Positions 13,691 through 25,900 of a stretch of 64,000 nt of DNA are shown in pieces. Where the stretch lies: the NCBI GenBank assembly GCA_002633005.1, contig NMRA01000239.1, positions 1 to 64,000 of the forward strand, read 5' to 3'. A program made the position numbers and the translations under genes. The notes below the pieces were generated by a model. That model had not been told where the DNA came from. It saw only the letters and a list, made by a program, of their open reading frames with translations, and ran no database searches. Numbering within the stretch: the first letter of the stretch is position 1; each line of letters starts with the position of its first letter. The DNA comes from Phoronis australis. Taxonomy: Eukaryota; Animalia; Phoronida.

Positions 13691-16600
13691 GTAGGTAAGG
13701 GTTTGCGTCGTGGCAAGATTTCTACGGCCCGTGGTTTGAATCTGACTCCGTTGTACGTAGTGATCATTCTTTTGAGAGCTGATGAACAAAATATCTCTCG
13801 TAGAACTGCCAAGCTTATTATAAAATTCTCAAACAGTAATAGCACGGGAAGTCAGTGCATTAAAAGTTCTTATCAGTTCTGACTCAAACTTTAAATAATC
13901 AAGTTAATGTCTCAAAAGATTGTTTACATGAAAACCATGTTACCCTAATTCAGTCATTAGAAACTCAGCGTGCTCCTACAAATACACAATGGTTGCTTGA
14001 AATAACGTCCTGGGATGCGTACGGAAAATGCGATTGGGCAAACATTTTGACGTCATTCAACGTTGGCCATTTGTTTTGCGGTTTACTCAGCGTCGTTTGT
14101 CCTATGAATAATTGAACCAATCAAAAAGTTACAGTGGAGCTGGCTATAATTCACGAGAGTCCCTATCTTTGCGCTTTATTCGTGTTCTTCCAACATCCGG
14201 TTACATGAGATAAGCGCAAGTGATTTTAATAGAACGATCACTGTTACGTCAGTGACTGCCCTTTAGCTCTCCAATCATTAAAGAAGTCATTAGATTTCAA
14301 ACAAACGTGTATTAAAGGATTCATATAGTCTACCTGTCTAGTGTCACCGACAAATTCGGTGCCTAATAGGATATGAACCGGGCATGCCGCAATTTGAGTT
14401 ACTTATTAGCTTGTCTGCAAAATCTCTTTCGTTGGTTATCAAAATGTTTTTCAACTCCGCTCAAACAAACTCCCCTATGGCCAAATTACTGATGCTTGCT
14501 TCATAAAAAACGATTTTGCACGAATGAATGCACTTATATTCAACTGCTATAACCTCAAATAGTTTGAGGTAGATCTGCAAAGTTCCATTCCGCCAGGTGT
14601 AGTGAACACACGCCTGGACCCTCGATCATTCTGACAAAAAATGACTGTTTCCTCGTGTCTTAGAACATGGAAAACATAGTTTTGCATCGTAGCGAGCTAC
14701 TTTAAAGAATATTATATAGAAAAATAACCATTAACATCGTTTCCGGCTCATTTATTTAACTTTCAGGGTGCTACAGTTAAGAGTCGTCGTTTACACATTT
14801 TAAACGTTCTTGGAATTTAATCTTGTAGGATTTGACATTTTTGGAAACTGCGTTTACAGTGGTCGTTGTTGACTAGCGTTTTCATTGTGTTGGTCGTTGA
14901 GGTCAAACGCTAAATCTCATAGAAACTAACAAGCCCTGTAATCCGTGTCTTTCGAATGTTACTATTATTAGTATTTTGAAAATGGAGATGTTAGAACATA
15001 AGAATGTGTCAAAACATGTTAGGGGTTAAATGCACGGAAAAACATAAACACCATACGGCTACAAACTTCTGGAATTTGTTTGTTCTGATTGGTTGTGTCA
15101 TTCCATTGGAATTTTTAAGCGTTACATTGATTCCATTTTCATAAAATGATATTAAAAGAAAAGAACGATCTCGTAGAGCAAAGCAAATACCTTACAAACC
15201 TATTCATGTAGCTGTCGACGTGCTTTACGTATGATCATATCTATTACCTGCGGCACGTGTGCAATTCACAGCTGATAGCTAATTACTTTAGCCAATGTGG
15301 CAGTGTGTCTTATTCGCTGATACATACGAAGGTATTACGCAATTAACTTCTCGTCGTTGTTGCCCCTTCATGTGGATTGTTGTAGATTTCCCAACGATAA
15401 CCGCTTACCAGTTTTTATGTAAAACATTACATGTATGTATAGCGAACATGTGGAGTTTTCTTTGTTAGCTCAGTCTTTCTTAAAATATGTTCATGAACTC
15501 TTGGAAGTTTACATGATAAGTGTTTCATAATCATTAGCAGCCATTTATTTTTACATTTTGCTTGACTCAGTTGAAAACAAATAACATTTTTGTCTTTCCA
15601 GTTGTTATTTTCTCCATGACAACCAGAAACAGTGGTACGAAACAGGGAAATGTACCGTCATCGACCTCGGTCACAAACCGTGGCTAAGTCCGGGACACAG
15701 GTGTTACTTGATAACCAATTGTCCTAAGGGTAGGTATAACTGCTCAATTGACTCAACTAAAATTGAAAAAATTGACTTTCTATAAATACAATTACTGCGC
15801 CTCGAGAAATTATTCTGAGATACCCGTGAACGCTTGAAGTATATAAATAGGTAACTGAACCTTTAAGTATTCTTTACGAGACCCCACGAAAAACAGGTTC
15901 CTCACCCGTCGGCTATTTTACACGGTCATTGCTTGTTTCAGATAATTATGAAATTCCATAGAAACCGACAAGTTTGTAAACAAATTCGCATGACACATCG
16001 TGCGTGTCTGCAAGATTCGTGGCGGTCCACGGATCTAACAAAAGTGCTAAAGCATAAGACCGTTAACACTTTAACATCATCTCAATCCTCGGTCTCTGCA
16101 CGACGTGGTAAACTCGTTGGAGTCCTACCCGTTGGCAACCAATTAACTCTAATTTTTACCCACGAATGCCTTGGGTTACAACATGTTACGACTCCGCTCA
16201 TTTCTTTGGTCGCTTGTCACTTCCTCGATTCCTTCGCACTTTTTAACGCACCCTGCTTTTTGTTTTCACTCTTCATAATGAAACTATCATAAATCTGACT
16301 GGCTCATTCTTCAGGAAGAAAATCGTAATGTTCGCAAATAAGCCGCCGGTGAAACCAGACCTGTTGATTTGTCAATATCTTATTAGATTCTTTGATGATT
16401 CTGCTTGGTCTGAACAAAACTCGTCATGAATACGTTTTCTTTATACTTGGAGGCTCCAGAACTTTTTCAACATGTAAACAATAATACAAATACCACGAGG
16501 AAATTTTACCTCACATTGTAACAATTGTTTCTTTAAATTTGGGCTAAGGAAAAGATGCTTCTTTATTTCTTGCTACTTTCTACATTTCACCAAAGTTTTT

Positions 16601-19600
16601 CTGTTTTAAACGCACGCCGAATAATCTTTTCCTTTTTAATTTACGTTGCTTTCAGTTCCTTTTTATTGGCGTCAGTTCAGCATAAGTTTGTTTACTGCAT
16701 CTGTAGACGACTTTCAAGGGTTTTGTGTTGTTTTGTCCAACAGGGTTCATGAAGCACATTTCATTTTAGCACTGACAGGTTTTTTCTTTGGCAACATATC
16801 TGACGACAGCAACGTCACCACTTGAGCTGGTGCAGTCAACATCCTGGCCACTTTGCATTCACTCAACCGCGTCGGTCACGGAGTGTTTTCAATTGTCAGT
16901 TGAAGGGACTAAGCAACAATAGTTACGGTGGCTCCAAGCTTACAAGAGTTTTTCCCTGAAATTTGCAAATTTTCACTGTTTTGAAATGTATACAGAACGA
17001 GTATTACATCAAACCAAAAGAAAGCCAATAACGAAAACGATGTTCCTGATTCAATAATCGAGTACCTTCGTTAACAGGGTCATGTAGTCCTTTAAGTAGT
17101 TACTAGAACAATCAATTTTCATCCATGAAACCAGTGGCGGATTTAGGGGGTGAGCAAGGGGGCCATGACCCCCCATAAAATTCTTCCAGATTCCATTTGG
17201 CAGTTCGAGAGTGCTAATGTCTGACGGACAAAGTCCTGGCTGATACTCTGCTCTGCCTCACCCCCAACCCCCTCAAACTCAAAATCCTGTATCCGCCCCT
17301 GGAAACCACTTATATTTGAAATCGTTATTGTGCACAAAATAGTACAAGAACCCTCTCGCCACCAGTTCCCCTTCACCTCCCTGCCAGTCACGAATCTCGC
17401 CCAACACCCTCCCCCGGTCGCCACCTATTCCACACCCTTCCCCCCAGATGGATGACTTTCGTTACTCAACATTCTTGTAACAAATTATTCGATCCTGTTC
17501 TAAATCGAGGTTACAAAGTTTTACACAGTTTACTTGTGCAATTAAATACCTCCCGAGTACCTCATGCTCCTTTAAATACCTCACGAGTACCTCATGCTTG
17601 GGTTGACACAGATTCCGACCTCGAGGAGATTTCAGTGATCATTGTAGGGAATTTTTAGCTCTAGTGAGGGAATTTCTCTTGATTGTTAAATGTTTTCCAG
17701 AGAGGAAAGAGGCCGATATTCGACAACAAAATCGAGACATCCAGAACCTCTAATCCGTGTACACGTGAAGTCCTCCACGAGACCTTTTTTTCCTGAATAA
17801 TCATGTCTTTCAAGTGCCAGCCACACCTAGAAGAAGCAACGCAGACGTGTAGGATCTGTCTACTTTTCACTGAAATTACCGACTTCCACAAACGTGAAAT
17901 TTATTGTGCGAAACTTACAAATGTTTTTTTTCCTTCTATTAAATGTGACTGTCTGTGAAAAAGTATTTTATTTAGGCCTTTCAGCCCAAGAAGTTGGCTT
18001 TATAAAATGAACACTTTAACAGTCCGACACTCGACAGCTCAAATCGCTCGGCTTATGAGATCCTAGGAAATTTCCAGACGACGACAACGACGCCCTTTGG
18101 TAGCTCATAGACTAAATGTCTTGAGCGAACATTTTCACATTTGAAAAAGTTACTGTGATCTTCTTCAAAAGGAGTTTTTTAGAAAGCTTCACATGACTCA
18201 CTGGCTCTTCTTCCGTAAACAGAATGTGTCCCCCACCCACACCCCAAAAATTTATTGTAGCACGGATTGAAACTAAGACGTTAGAGCCATGGTAACGAAG
18301 GTAGTTGGTTATCTTTAGTTTGACAATGTTGTCTCTAATCATCACCATCAACAATTAGTTCAATAGACAAGAGTATACGGCGAAATAAATATACATTGTA
18401 CTGGCTCAAAAATGCTTGAATATTAACGAACTATTTAAAGGTTCACACTCCGCACTTGAAGTGAACTGAGTAGGGTTTTTGTAGAGTTTTCTGGGTGTAC
18501 ATGTAGTGTGAGCAGCATTGGACACACTGAGAAAGCGTGAGAGCCACGGTGATGTGATTCGTATCAAAACAACGACCAAAACAAAAGGTGATTCGAGCAG
18601 GGTTCTAATGCTTCTGAACTTGAGAGGCGTCGGTACACAACAAAACTATTGCTTTGCACGTCTTTAAAACAAGTTTAAACACCGTTATGGACATGGCTAT
18701 CTTTGTTTCAGCATGCACAGACAAGCACAACATCACGCGCCCTATCGGCAGTAACTGGAGGGAAGGTTTCAACGCGTGCCAGTGCAACTATCCTCAACGC
18801 CTATATTCCACGTCGGCCTACTCGCTATCTCGATCTTATCCGAAATGGCCGCCTGTTTCCAAGTGCACTTTTGACGGTAAGCTAAATTGTATAGTGGCTA
18901 TGAAAGGACATAAACATTTTTTCCAAAGTCGATCGCTCGACTTATCAAAAAATAAACTCTTATGTCCACCGTAGAATTGCAGCCAGTGTTGTACTCATGC
19001 CTGACATGTTATGAATCCCTAAGTCACACACGAGCTTTGTTTTGGTCATATGCTGAGTTGTACCTTATTACCCGGAAGTGAATACCACAGCCTTTTAATC
19101 CTTTATAAGCGGCCTTGGCCTTATAGCTTGGGTCATTTGCATTGTGGCGTGAATAAACGCATTAATTTAAATATAAGTTTGTTTTTTGTTTTATTTATTC
19201 AATATTTTATGGAATGATAGTATTCAGGCAATATATTATAATCTTAGACATTGCGTAATATTTTGGTCATGACTGATTGCCAAAAACCAAGGAAAATGAG
19301 AATTGGACTTTCAAATGAAATAACGGTGTTGCCTATAAGGCCATGGGTAACACGGTAAGTAGGATTTATGATCTGGTTACTCAAAATGTTTCATGAATAT
19401 ACCGCGAGAATATTGATTCATGTGACTAATTGATTATAGAATAATGTATGATTATATTCTACTGCGTTGGTTTACGGCTGCATACATCTAGTAACACAGT
19501 AACATCGAATGGACTCATTTCTGAGCGTCACTTTTGCAATTCGGTTTCTGTTTTGTGCAGGATGTCAAGCAAGTGTCGATGGGAAGGTCTTAAAAGTTCC

Positions 19601-19820
19601 TCTCGGTAGGTCATTTACTGACGACAGGGGGCATGACTGTCAGTGTGTGGAAGGCGAGTCATCTGTGACGGACGATGCACCGGATTACAGTATAAAATGT
19701 TCTGCTGGGAAGAAAAAGTCGAGGCGTAATCATTTATTAGTACAAATTCTAATGACAAAAACTAAACCGGAGCCAGAATTTGACAAAAGAAAAAAGTTCC
19801 GTGGATCAGATGGAGACTGA
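13644..19820 (+). CDS. Predicted secreted cysteine-rich protein, 199 aa, 4 coding exons (13644-13690, 15602-15729, 18712-18876, 19561-19820), with two reduced VWC/pacifastin-like modules
   Basis: All junctions are GT-AG with compatible phases (2,1,1) and the total is 600 nt with no internal stop. Protein: MVFVLGFLFVVTFLRSCYFLHDNQKQWYETGKCTVIDLGHKPWLSPGHRCYLITNCPKACTDKHNITRPIGSNWREGFNACQCNYPQ...KCTFDGCQASVDGKVLKVPLGRSFTDDRGHDCQC...IKCSAGKKKSRR...GD*. The N-terminus is hydrophobic and there is an in-frame TAG upstream at 13602. Confidence 0.6.
15602..15729 (+). CDS. Secreted Cys-rich protein, coding exon 2
   Basis: tttttgtctttccag|T TGT TAT...CCT AAG G|gtaggt; open frame with 4 Cys. Confidence 0.6.
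17132..17301 (+). mobile_element. MITE family A, copy 1 (TIRs CAGTGGCGGAT...ATCCGCCCCTG; TSD GAAAC)
   Basis: Imperfect terminal inverted repeats; 5-bp direct repeat at 17127-17131 and 17302-17306; homologous over its length to the copies at 27938 and 59269. Confidence 0.9.
17542..17600. repeat. 30-bp tandem duplication
   Basis: ttaaatacctcMcgagtacctcatgct occurs twice in tandem. Confidence 0.85.
18712..18876 (+). CDS. Secreted Cys-rich protein, coding exon 3 (VWC-like module 1)
   Basis: ctttgtttcag|CA TGC...GAC G|gtaagc; encodes CTDKHNITRPIGSNWREGFNACQC...KCTFD. Confidence 0.72.
19561..19820 (+). CDS. Secreted Cys-rich protein, last exon (VWC-like module 2 and basic tail)
   Basis: ttttgtgcag|GA TGT...TGA; encodes GCQASVDGKVLKVPLGRSFTDDRGHDCQC...KC. 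Confidence 0.72.
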
Positions 19821-21247
19821 AATTTGAAAGTTCTATTAAAATCAATCTTTCCGTTGGCAAGAGAAAGTGTGGTGTATTTATCAAACAAATTGGTCACATT
19901 GCCATAATTATAATTTGTGTTTTCGTTATCGAGGAGAGCCTGGAATTCATGGATAAAAGTTGGAAAACTATGGGAATATATTTAAATATGAAGATTTTGA
20001 TCCAGGCGATGTTGTACTCCATAACTAAGTTCAGACTGAGTGGTGAAAACGCTAGCATTTTAGCCAGACGGCGAGCTGTACGCAAAGGTCTCATTTTCAC
20101 CAGCAGTTTATTTGTTTCCAAAAAACCCCCCAAATAGAAAATTGGTAGCAAAACACGTACACTCTGGGCCATAATGCAACGATTTACAAAATCCATTTTA
20201 CCTTGCGCGCGAGTGTGAAGTAAGCGATCTGACTGCAAACGTCATTGCTCGCGAAAACACCACCGGTTTTAAACTGAAGTAACTCAAACTGCCAACAAAA
20301 GTGACACTTGCAGCCATTCACATCACTGATGTTTTTGCTGCTTCCGAAATTTCAAGGGAAACTGCTAACTTATTAGCAAGTTTTATAAACATGGATACTC
20401 TAGATCTTCGACACCATTTTTTATTTTAAGTACATGTACATGATGAACAAGATGTTGTTATTAGACAATTATTAATCTTTGCTAGTGGAATCTAGTTATT
20501 TATTGTTTATTTATTTGTTTTGATGTGAAGATAGGAACACGTTGCTAATGAGTTGCCCAGATAAAGCTTGTTTCAGTTCACTATGGCACACAGAAGTGTG
20601 GTATATAACATTGACCGACGTTACTCGTAGTTCGGATATAGTTTTGATTGTTTCTTTTTATAAAATCAAAATTGAAAAGTACCCAATAACTTTCTGACAC
20701 CCGCAATGCCTGTATCCTCGTCTTAGTTAGTGAGACGCGATCGCACACGCGATCGTCTGTCCAATCCTGATTAGGAGCTTAATTAGTTTCATCGATTTAA
20801 AAGCTCTTTTACTGGTGATGAAATACTCAGGTCACTGGAATCTAATTTAATGGATAAAACCCAGTGTATAGGGTTTTTTCGTGTTCCTGGTTCAGTTTTG
20901 CCAGGTCAGTTCATTTGAGTTCGTTGCTGTGCAGATATTAGTAGGTATTATGATTGTCAAAAGTCTATGGTTTATGTGATGTCACAATGTGTAACTTAAT
21001 GTGTAACTTGAAATAAATTCGCTGATAATTTATTATCCAATATTCAAACGTAATTCTCTATTTGCGAACACTGCATTACACACCAGGCGACCATCACTGA
21101 TCGGAAACAGCAAAGATAACAGGACACCTGGCAAACTTAAAGATAATCGCTGATTTGTCTTTACATTTTTCAAATGGAAAAAAAAAACAGTTAAACGGCA
21201 AAACTGTGATTGCATAATCAGCCGATGGGTGGCTAGTATTTCATTTC

Positions 21248-21617
21248 ACTAGTATTTCTTTTCACGTCACGACCATAATACTATGTAAAATATATGCAAA
21301 TTGACCCCGCCCCCAATGTACGCCTACGATTGTAGGCCGCGAACCCATTTTTGGAGAAACAGTTATAAATCTCCATGGTTTGTGCGATTTTCCAAAGCGG
21401 GGCTTGGACGGTGAGAAACAGAACATGCTGCTTTTTAACGTGACTGTCTTACCAACAAAATACATAGCAACCATGGTTATCGGTAGAACATTACACAATG
21501 GTGAGGTTGTCGTTTCCATGACGACGGAACTATTCTTGACGTTGCCGCTGTCGCCGCGCCACCGCCGCCATCATACATACTTCAGACAAATTTAGTCTCA
21601 CACGGGGTAATCTATAA
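21248..21617 (+). mobile_element. Possible HINE/DINE-like element
   Basis: It starts with ACTAG, has a (GCC)n plus catacatac tract near the 3' end and ends in ...taat. The call rests on layout resemblance only. Confidence 0.3.
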
Positions 21618-22894
21618 TGAATGTTTACAAATATTTTTTGTTCAAAAATAAAACATCAAAAGAATAGCACTTCAGTAAACATTTGTTTCCGCGGAAAGGC
21701 ACGGTGTGACATTCTTCAGACGACGAAGGTTGCAAATAATCGCTTCTGTTAAAAATCGAGCGTTTGTGAAAGGGTTCCAAAACCTACTCATGAATTATAG
21801 GAACTAGGGGAGAATTTTACTCCACATAATAGACTCAGTGGGACGAATGCGGTGATTGCTCAAATCACGGGTTTCCACGGGTCAGTAGTAGTGGCTGTGA
21901 TTTTACCAGGACATTGGATGTGTTTGTACGAAACATAAGGCCAAAGAAAGCAGCAGAATTGCTTCTGCAGTTTGCGCCTTTTTGAAAATCAGTGCTTGTA
22001 GTCGTTAATATTTTCAAAGAGAAAACTCTCCTTTATGCCAGATGAAATGGGTCGGCATCCGTTCATTTCCCTAGCGTTATCTAATACAACGTGAAATGGG
22101 TCGGGCCTCTGATTCGAGCTGTGATGAGCTGGTTTCAAACCGAATCGTTCAAAGACCAGAACTGTTACGCTATTTTTTCCTTTAAAGTGACATAGAACGT
22201 GAAAACAGACTATATCTCATTAATGAAAGTGGTTCTCTGCCAATGAAACAGAAATCAAACTGTTCATTAAGCATTCTTACGGTTTGTTTGTAAAGATTTT
22301 GGATTTCTGTTGATGCCAAAGCATTTTCCTTTAGTTTCAAAATTCAAAAAACGCTCGTCAGTTTGTCGATTTTTCTCCCACAAGGCAAAGCACGTTCTTG
22401 TGGCAAGACGTAGACGTTGCACGTGTCCCTTACATGCAAAACGTGACCTTTGCCCTTTGATATAAACAAAACTATGGTGATTTCAAGCAGCAGCCAGTCT
22501 GACTTCTTTGAGCTCATTGGTACATCTGTATGATTGGGGGCGGAGACTTTGAAAATCGGATCTAAACGAAAAAGTTTACATTTCGTCTGTGTTTCAAAAA
22601 TAGTGAATCTGAAGATTTTTTTCTAGAAATTCTTGCAATATTTAAAGTGAATAACTCTCCAGTTAGCAACTCCCAGAAGTTGATTTGTCACAATCTGTTT
22701 TAAATATATTTTTACGAGTTTTCCCTCCCATCCCTCTTTAATGGTGGCGATAAAAATAGAACGTTCAATGAAGGGGTCGCTGTTTTCCAACAGGGTTCAT
22801 ACCAATGCTGTTATAAAATGCTTAAAAGAAACGTACTAGACAAATAATTTGCTCAGACAGTATGCTAATGACTTGGAATTAGCAAGAAAGTCAA

Positions 22895-22950
22895 ACAACA
22901 GCAATAACAATAACACTAAAACAATAATAACAATGAAAACAACAACATAA
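22895..22950. repeat. Degenerate (AAC/AAT)n microsatellite
   Basis: aacaacagcaataacaataacactaaaacaataataacaatgaaaacaacaaca. Confidence 0.7.
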
Positions 22951-25900
22951 GAGTGTCATGACTAGTCGTTAAAATGTCATGATATACTGGGTTCATAGCG
23001 TTATCGCCTATGTAACTTGGCCCTCTGTGTAGCGGCCCCTGACCGGATGGTGAAGGAGGGGTTTGAGAAAGAGAAATTCGCACCTGCTCGTTCAACAGCT
23101 TGTTGCATCGGTCACCGCCACTTCACACCGAAAGACAAGTTTATACCGACTTATAATAGACGGTGTCAGTTTTCATCTTCATTGGTCAGTGACAGTAGAA
23201 GCAAGGATCGTTCATATACTCACACGCTCCATACTTCCACTTGGTCTCAACTAGCTCGGGGTTGGGCCAGGCACTGGGAAGTCCCAAGAAATATTACACA
23301 CGGAATGCATTTGAAGATTTGATTGAGACAGGTTAGATATTTGAGGTACCGGCCAAAACGATTTAAAAGGAGCAACCGTGCCACACTGAGCACTGAAAGA
23401 TCGATGACAGGGAATTTACATTCTGAAAAGGGCTCACCAGCGTCTTGTTTTTTGCTATTAACTTCCTATTGACTATCTGGTCAGCTAACACTACCAAATA
23501 GCCCTCACAGAATTGAGCTAGCGCGAACATTCAAGGTACCACAAACAATGCCATATGTCACTGGTCACCGTACTAAATAACTAATGACATACAAAATACA
23601 GTCAGTGATGGACCCGGCAGAACAACTTCCCACTCCCACCCCCAGAATTGTCATTCCCAGAACAGAATGCTGTTGAAAGCGTAAGTTAGGGTAGATATTA
23701 GAAGCATCGGCAAAAAAATTAAAGGCAACTGGCAATCTTCGTCACCAAGGATCAATTTTTAACTGTTTGTTGTAAACCATTTGTTAAATTCTGGATGACT
23801 ATGTAAGAAATATTTCCTAGGCCGCTGTACTGTAATTATGTGTCGAATGTTCTCAAGACTTTCCGTGGACCGAGTTCTCACTAACTTTCACAAACATGAA
23901 CTTTTCTCGTGAAAGTTACAATATCTGTTTCTCTGTCCTTGTAGCTTGTGTGTTTCTCGGGGATTTTGGAAGCCTTTTAGCCCGAGGTCAGTAATCAAGA
24001 ATTTCAATCTCTTCAATTAATAGTGAAGTCCTCAGTGTCTCCTAACGTAAATATGTCGCCCCTCTTCGTCAACAAAGATTTTGTTGCCGGTGTATTAGAC
24101 TTCTTGAACTATGATGTGTAAACGTAAAAGTGTCCTGTGTTTTATCGAGTTTCATCTACTTTTTAATTACATTTCGAATACAGTTAGGGAAATCTTCTAT
24201 ACATGTACCTCCATTATTGGCGACAAGTCTTGGAAGTTCCGATTGGCATCATCCGTTGCCGCCGGCTTCAACTCTACATGTCTCAAATATCAATGCCAAA
24301 TGATTTCTGGCTATACTGATTATAATAGTCATTGGAAAAACACCAATGACGTTATTTTTATTTGCGGATATAGACGTGCGCAAGTGAATTGCAGAAGAAA
24401 AATCGTTTTACGGCTGATAAAATTCCACGGGATTTCAATTGTTTAACGTTTCGGCTTTGTGGTTTGTGCTCTTTTGTACATCAGGATCGCAGAGGTGACT
24501 GCATGGTCTGGTATAATTTGAGTAAGTTTGCATCGCATGAGCAATTTGCATGGCACGGTAATTCCTCTATCTCTTCCATGTAATTGCCATCTCATTTCAC
24601 AACAATTCAAGATTTGATAAATGTGCGAATGGGTTTAAATCCCAACGCGTTTCGGCGTTAAGTCTTTAACACCGGCATCTCAGCTACAACGACGGAGTTA
24701 CCAGCAGGCCTTTTATAACGAAAAGGATTAAAACGAAGAAGAATAGCTTCAGCGGTCATAATCAAGATAGACCTTTTTAAAGAGACGAACGTGATTGGCA
24801 ATAAACCAGCCTGGTCATTCACTTTTCACGAAGGTTTACCAGACCACGTATCGTTATGAAATGGGTCTCAAACTGTCCTTTAATCAAATTGGATGGGATT
24901 TCAGGGCATTGGGAAATTTGACTTATCCGTCACGTGTCATCTTAGGCGCCGAGCACATTCTCAATGCAAAATTAACTGTGATTTCTTTGCAAAACCAGAA
25001 ATGGCTTTTTACCTCACTAAGGAGCAAAGTGAGAACAAGTTTGTAGCCGTAGGTGACCTAAATCAAAATTTTGTTTTTGTACGGACCCCGGTTTATTCTG
25101 TAACCGCTTTAAAAATGATGCAGGGTTTGTTAGTTCCAATAATCGCTTTCCAGGCGCAATTCGTCACTACATGGCAGTCAACATTGTGAAAATTTCCCAT
25201 GTTTTTCATATCTCAATGTTGACGCATGTGTCAATAGGACAGTTCTTTTCATTTTCATTATTTTTCTAATAATCCCAGCACTGTAACATACGCTCAATTA
25301 GTGTAGTCATGTTTCTGTGCCGCAGGGCGAACGCATTTTGTTGTCGTGTCAATTTTGCCTCACAGGTGGCGGTGTCGCATACATTGTAACTCACCCTGGT
25401 AGTAAACCACTGAATTGTAAATAATACTGAATTCTTTCCAATGACCAAGTGTTACTATCAGCGTCCTGGGGCGTTCATTCAATTTCTAGCTGTTTATAAA
25501 CCACAATGTGACGTCTCTAACGTAGATGATTCCTCTGTCAATAACTGGATGTGTCAATCACGAGATTTTTAGGGTAATCTAATTAACATTTTTGAAATCT
25601 ATTTGTCCATGTAATTTGTACATAAGAGCAATTTTAGCGACAAATATACACCCTGACCTTGATTCGACTTGTTGATAAAATTCCGCACAGGTGGTACGTA
25701 ACCTCAGCGCGTCCTTTAACACAACGTCATGTTCGTCCTTTTTAACGGAAGCCGGTGCCAACCAAAGTACACGGTCGGAAAGTTGTGGTTGCGCACAAAG
25801 TGATTAAAGAAATAGAATTTATTAAAAGACAAAGACGTTGTACACGCGCAAGCTACCGAATAAGATTAAATTGCCTAATTGTTAGAAAGTAATATCATTT

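Noticed and set aside
25395-25490. Open minus-strand exon-like segment (KLNERPRTLIVTLGHWKEFSIIYNSVVYYQG|gtgagt)
   Set aside because: The acceptor is weak, and I found no compatible neighbouring exons or recognisable domain.
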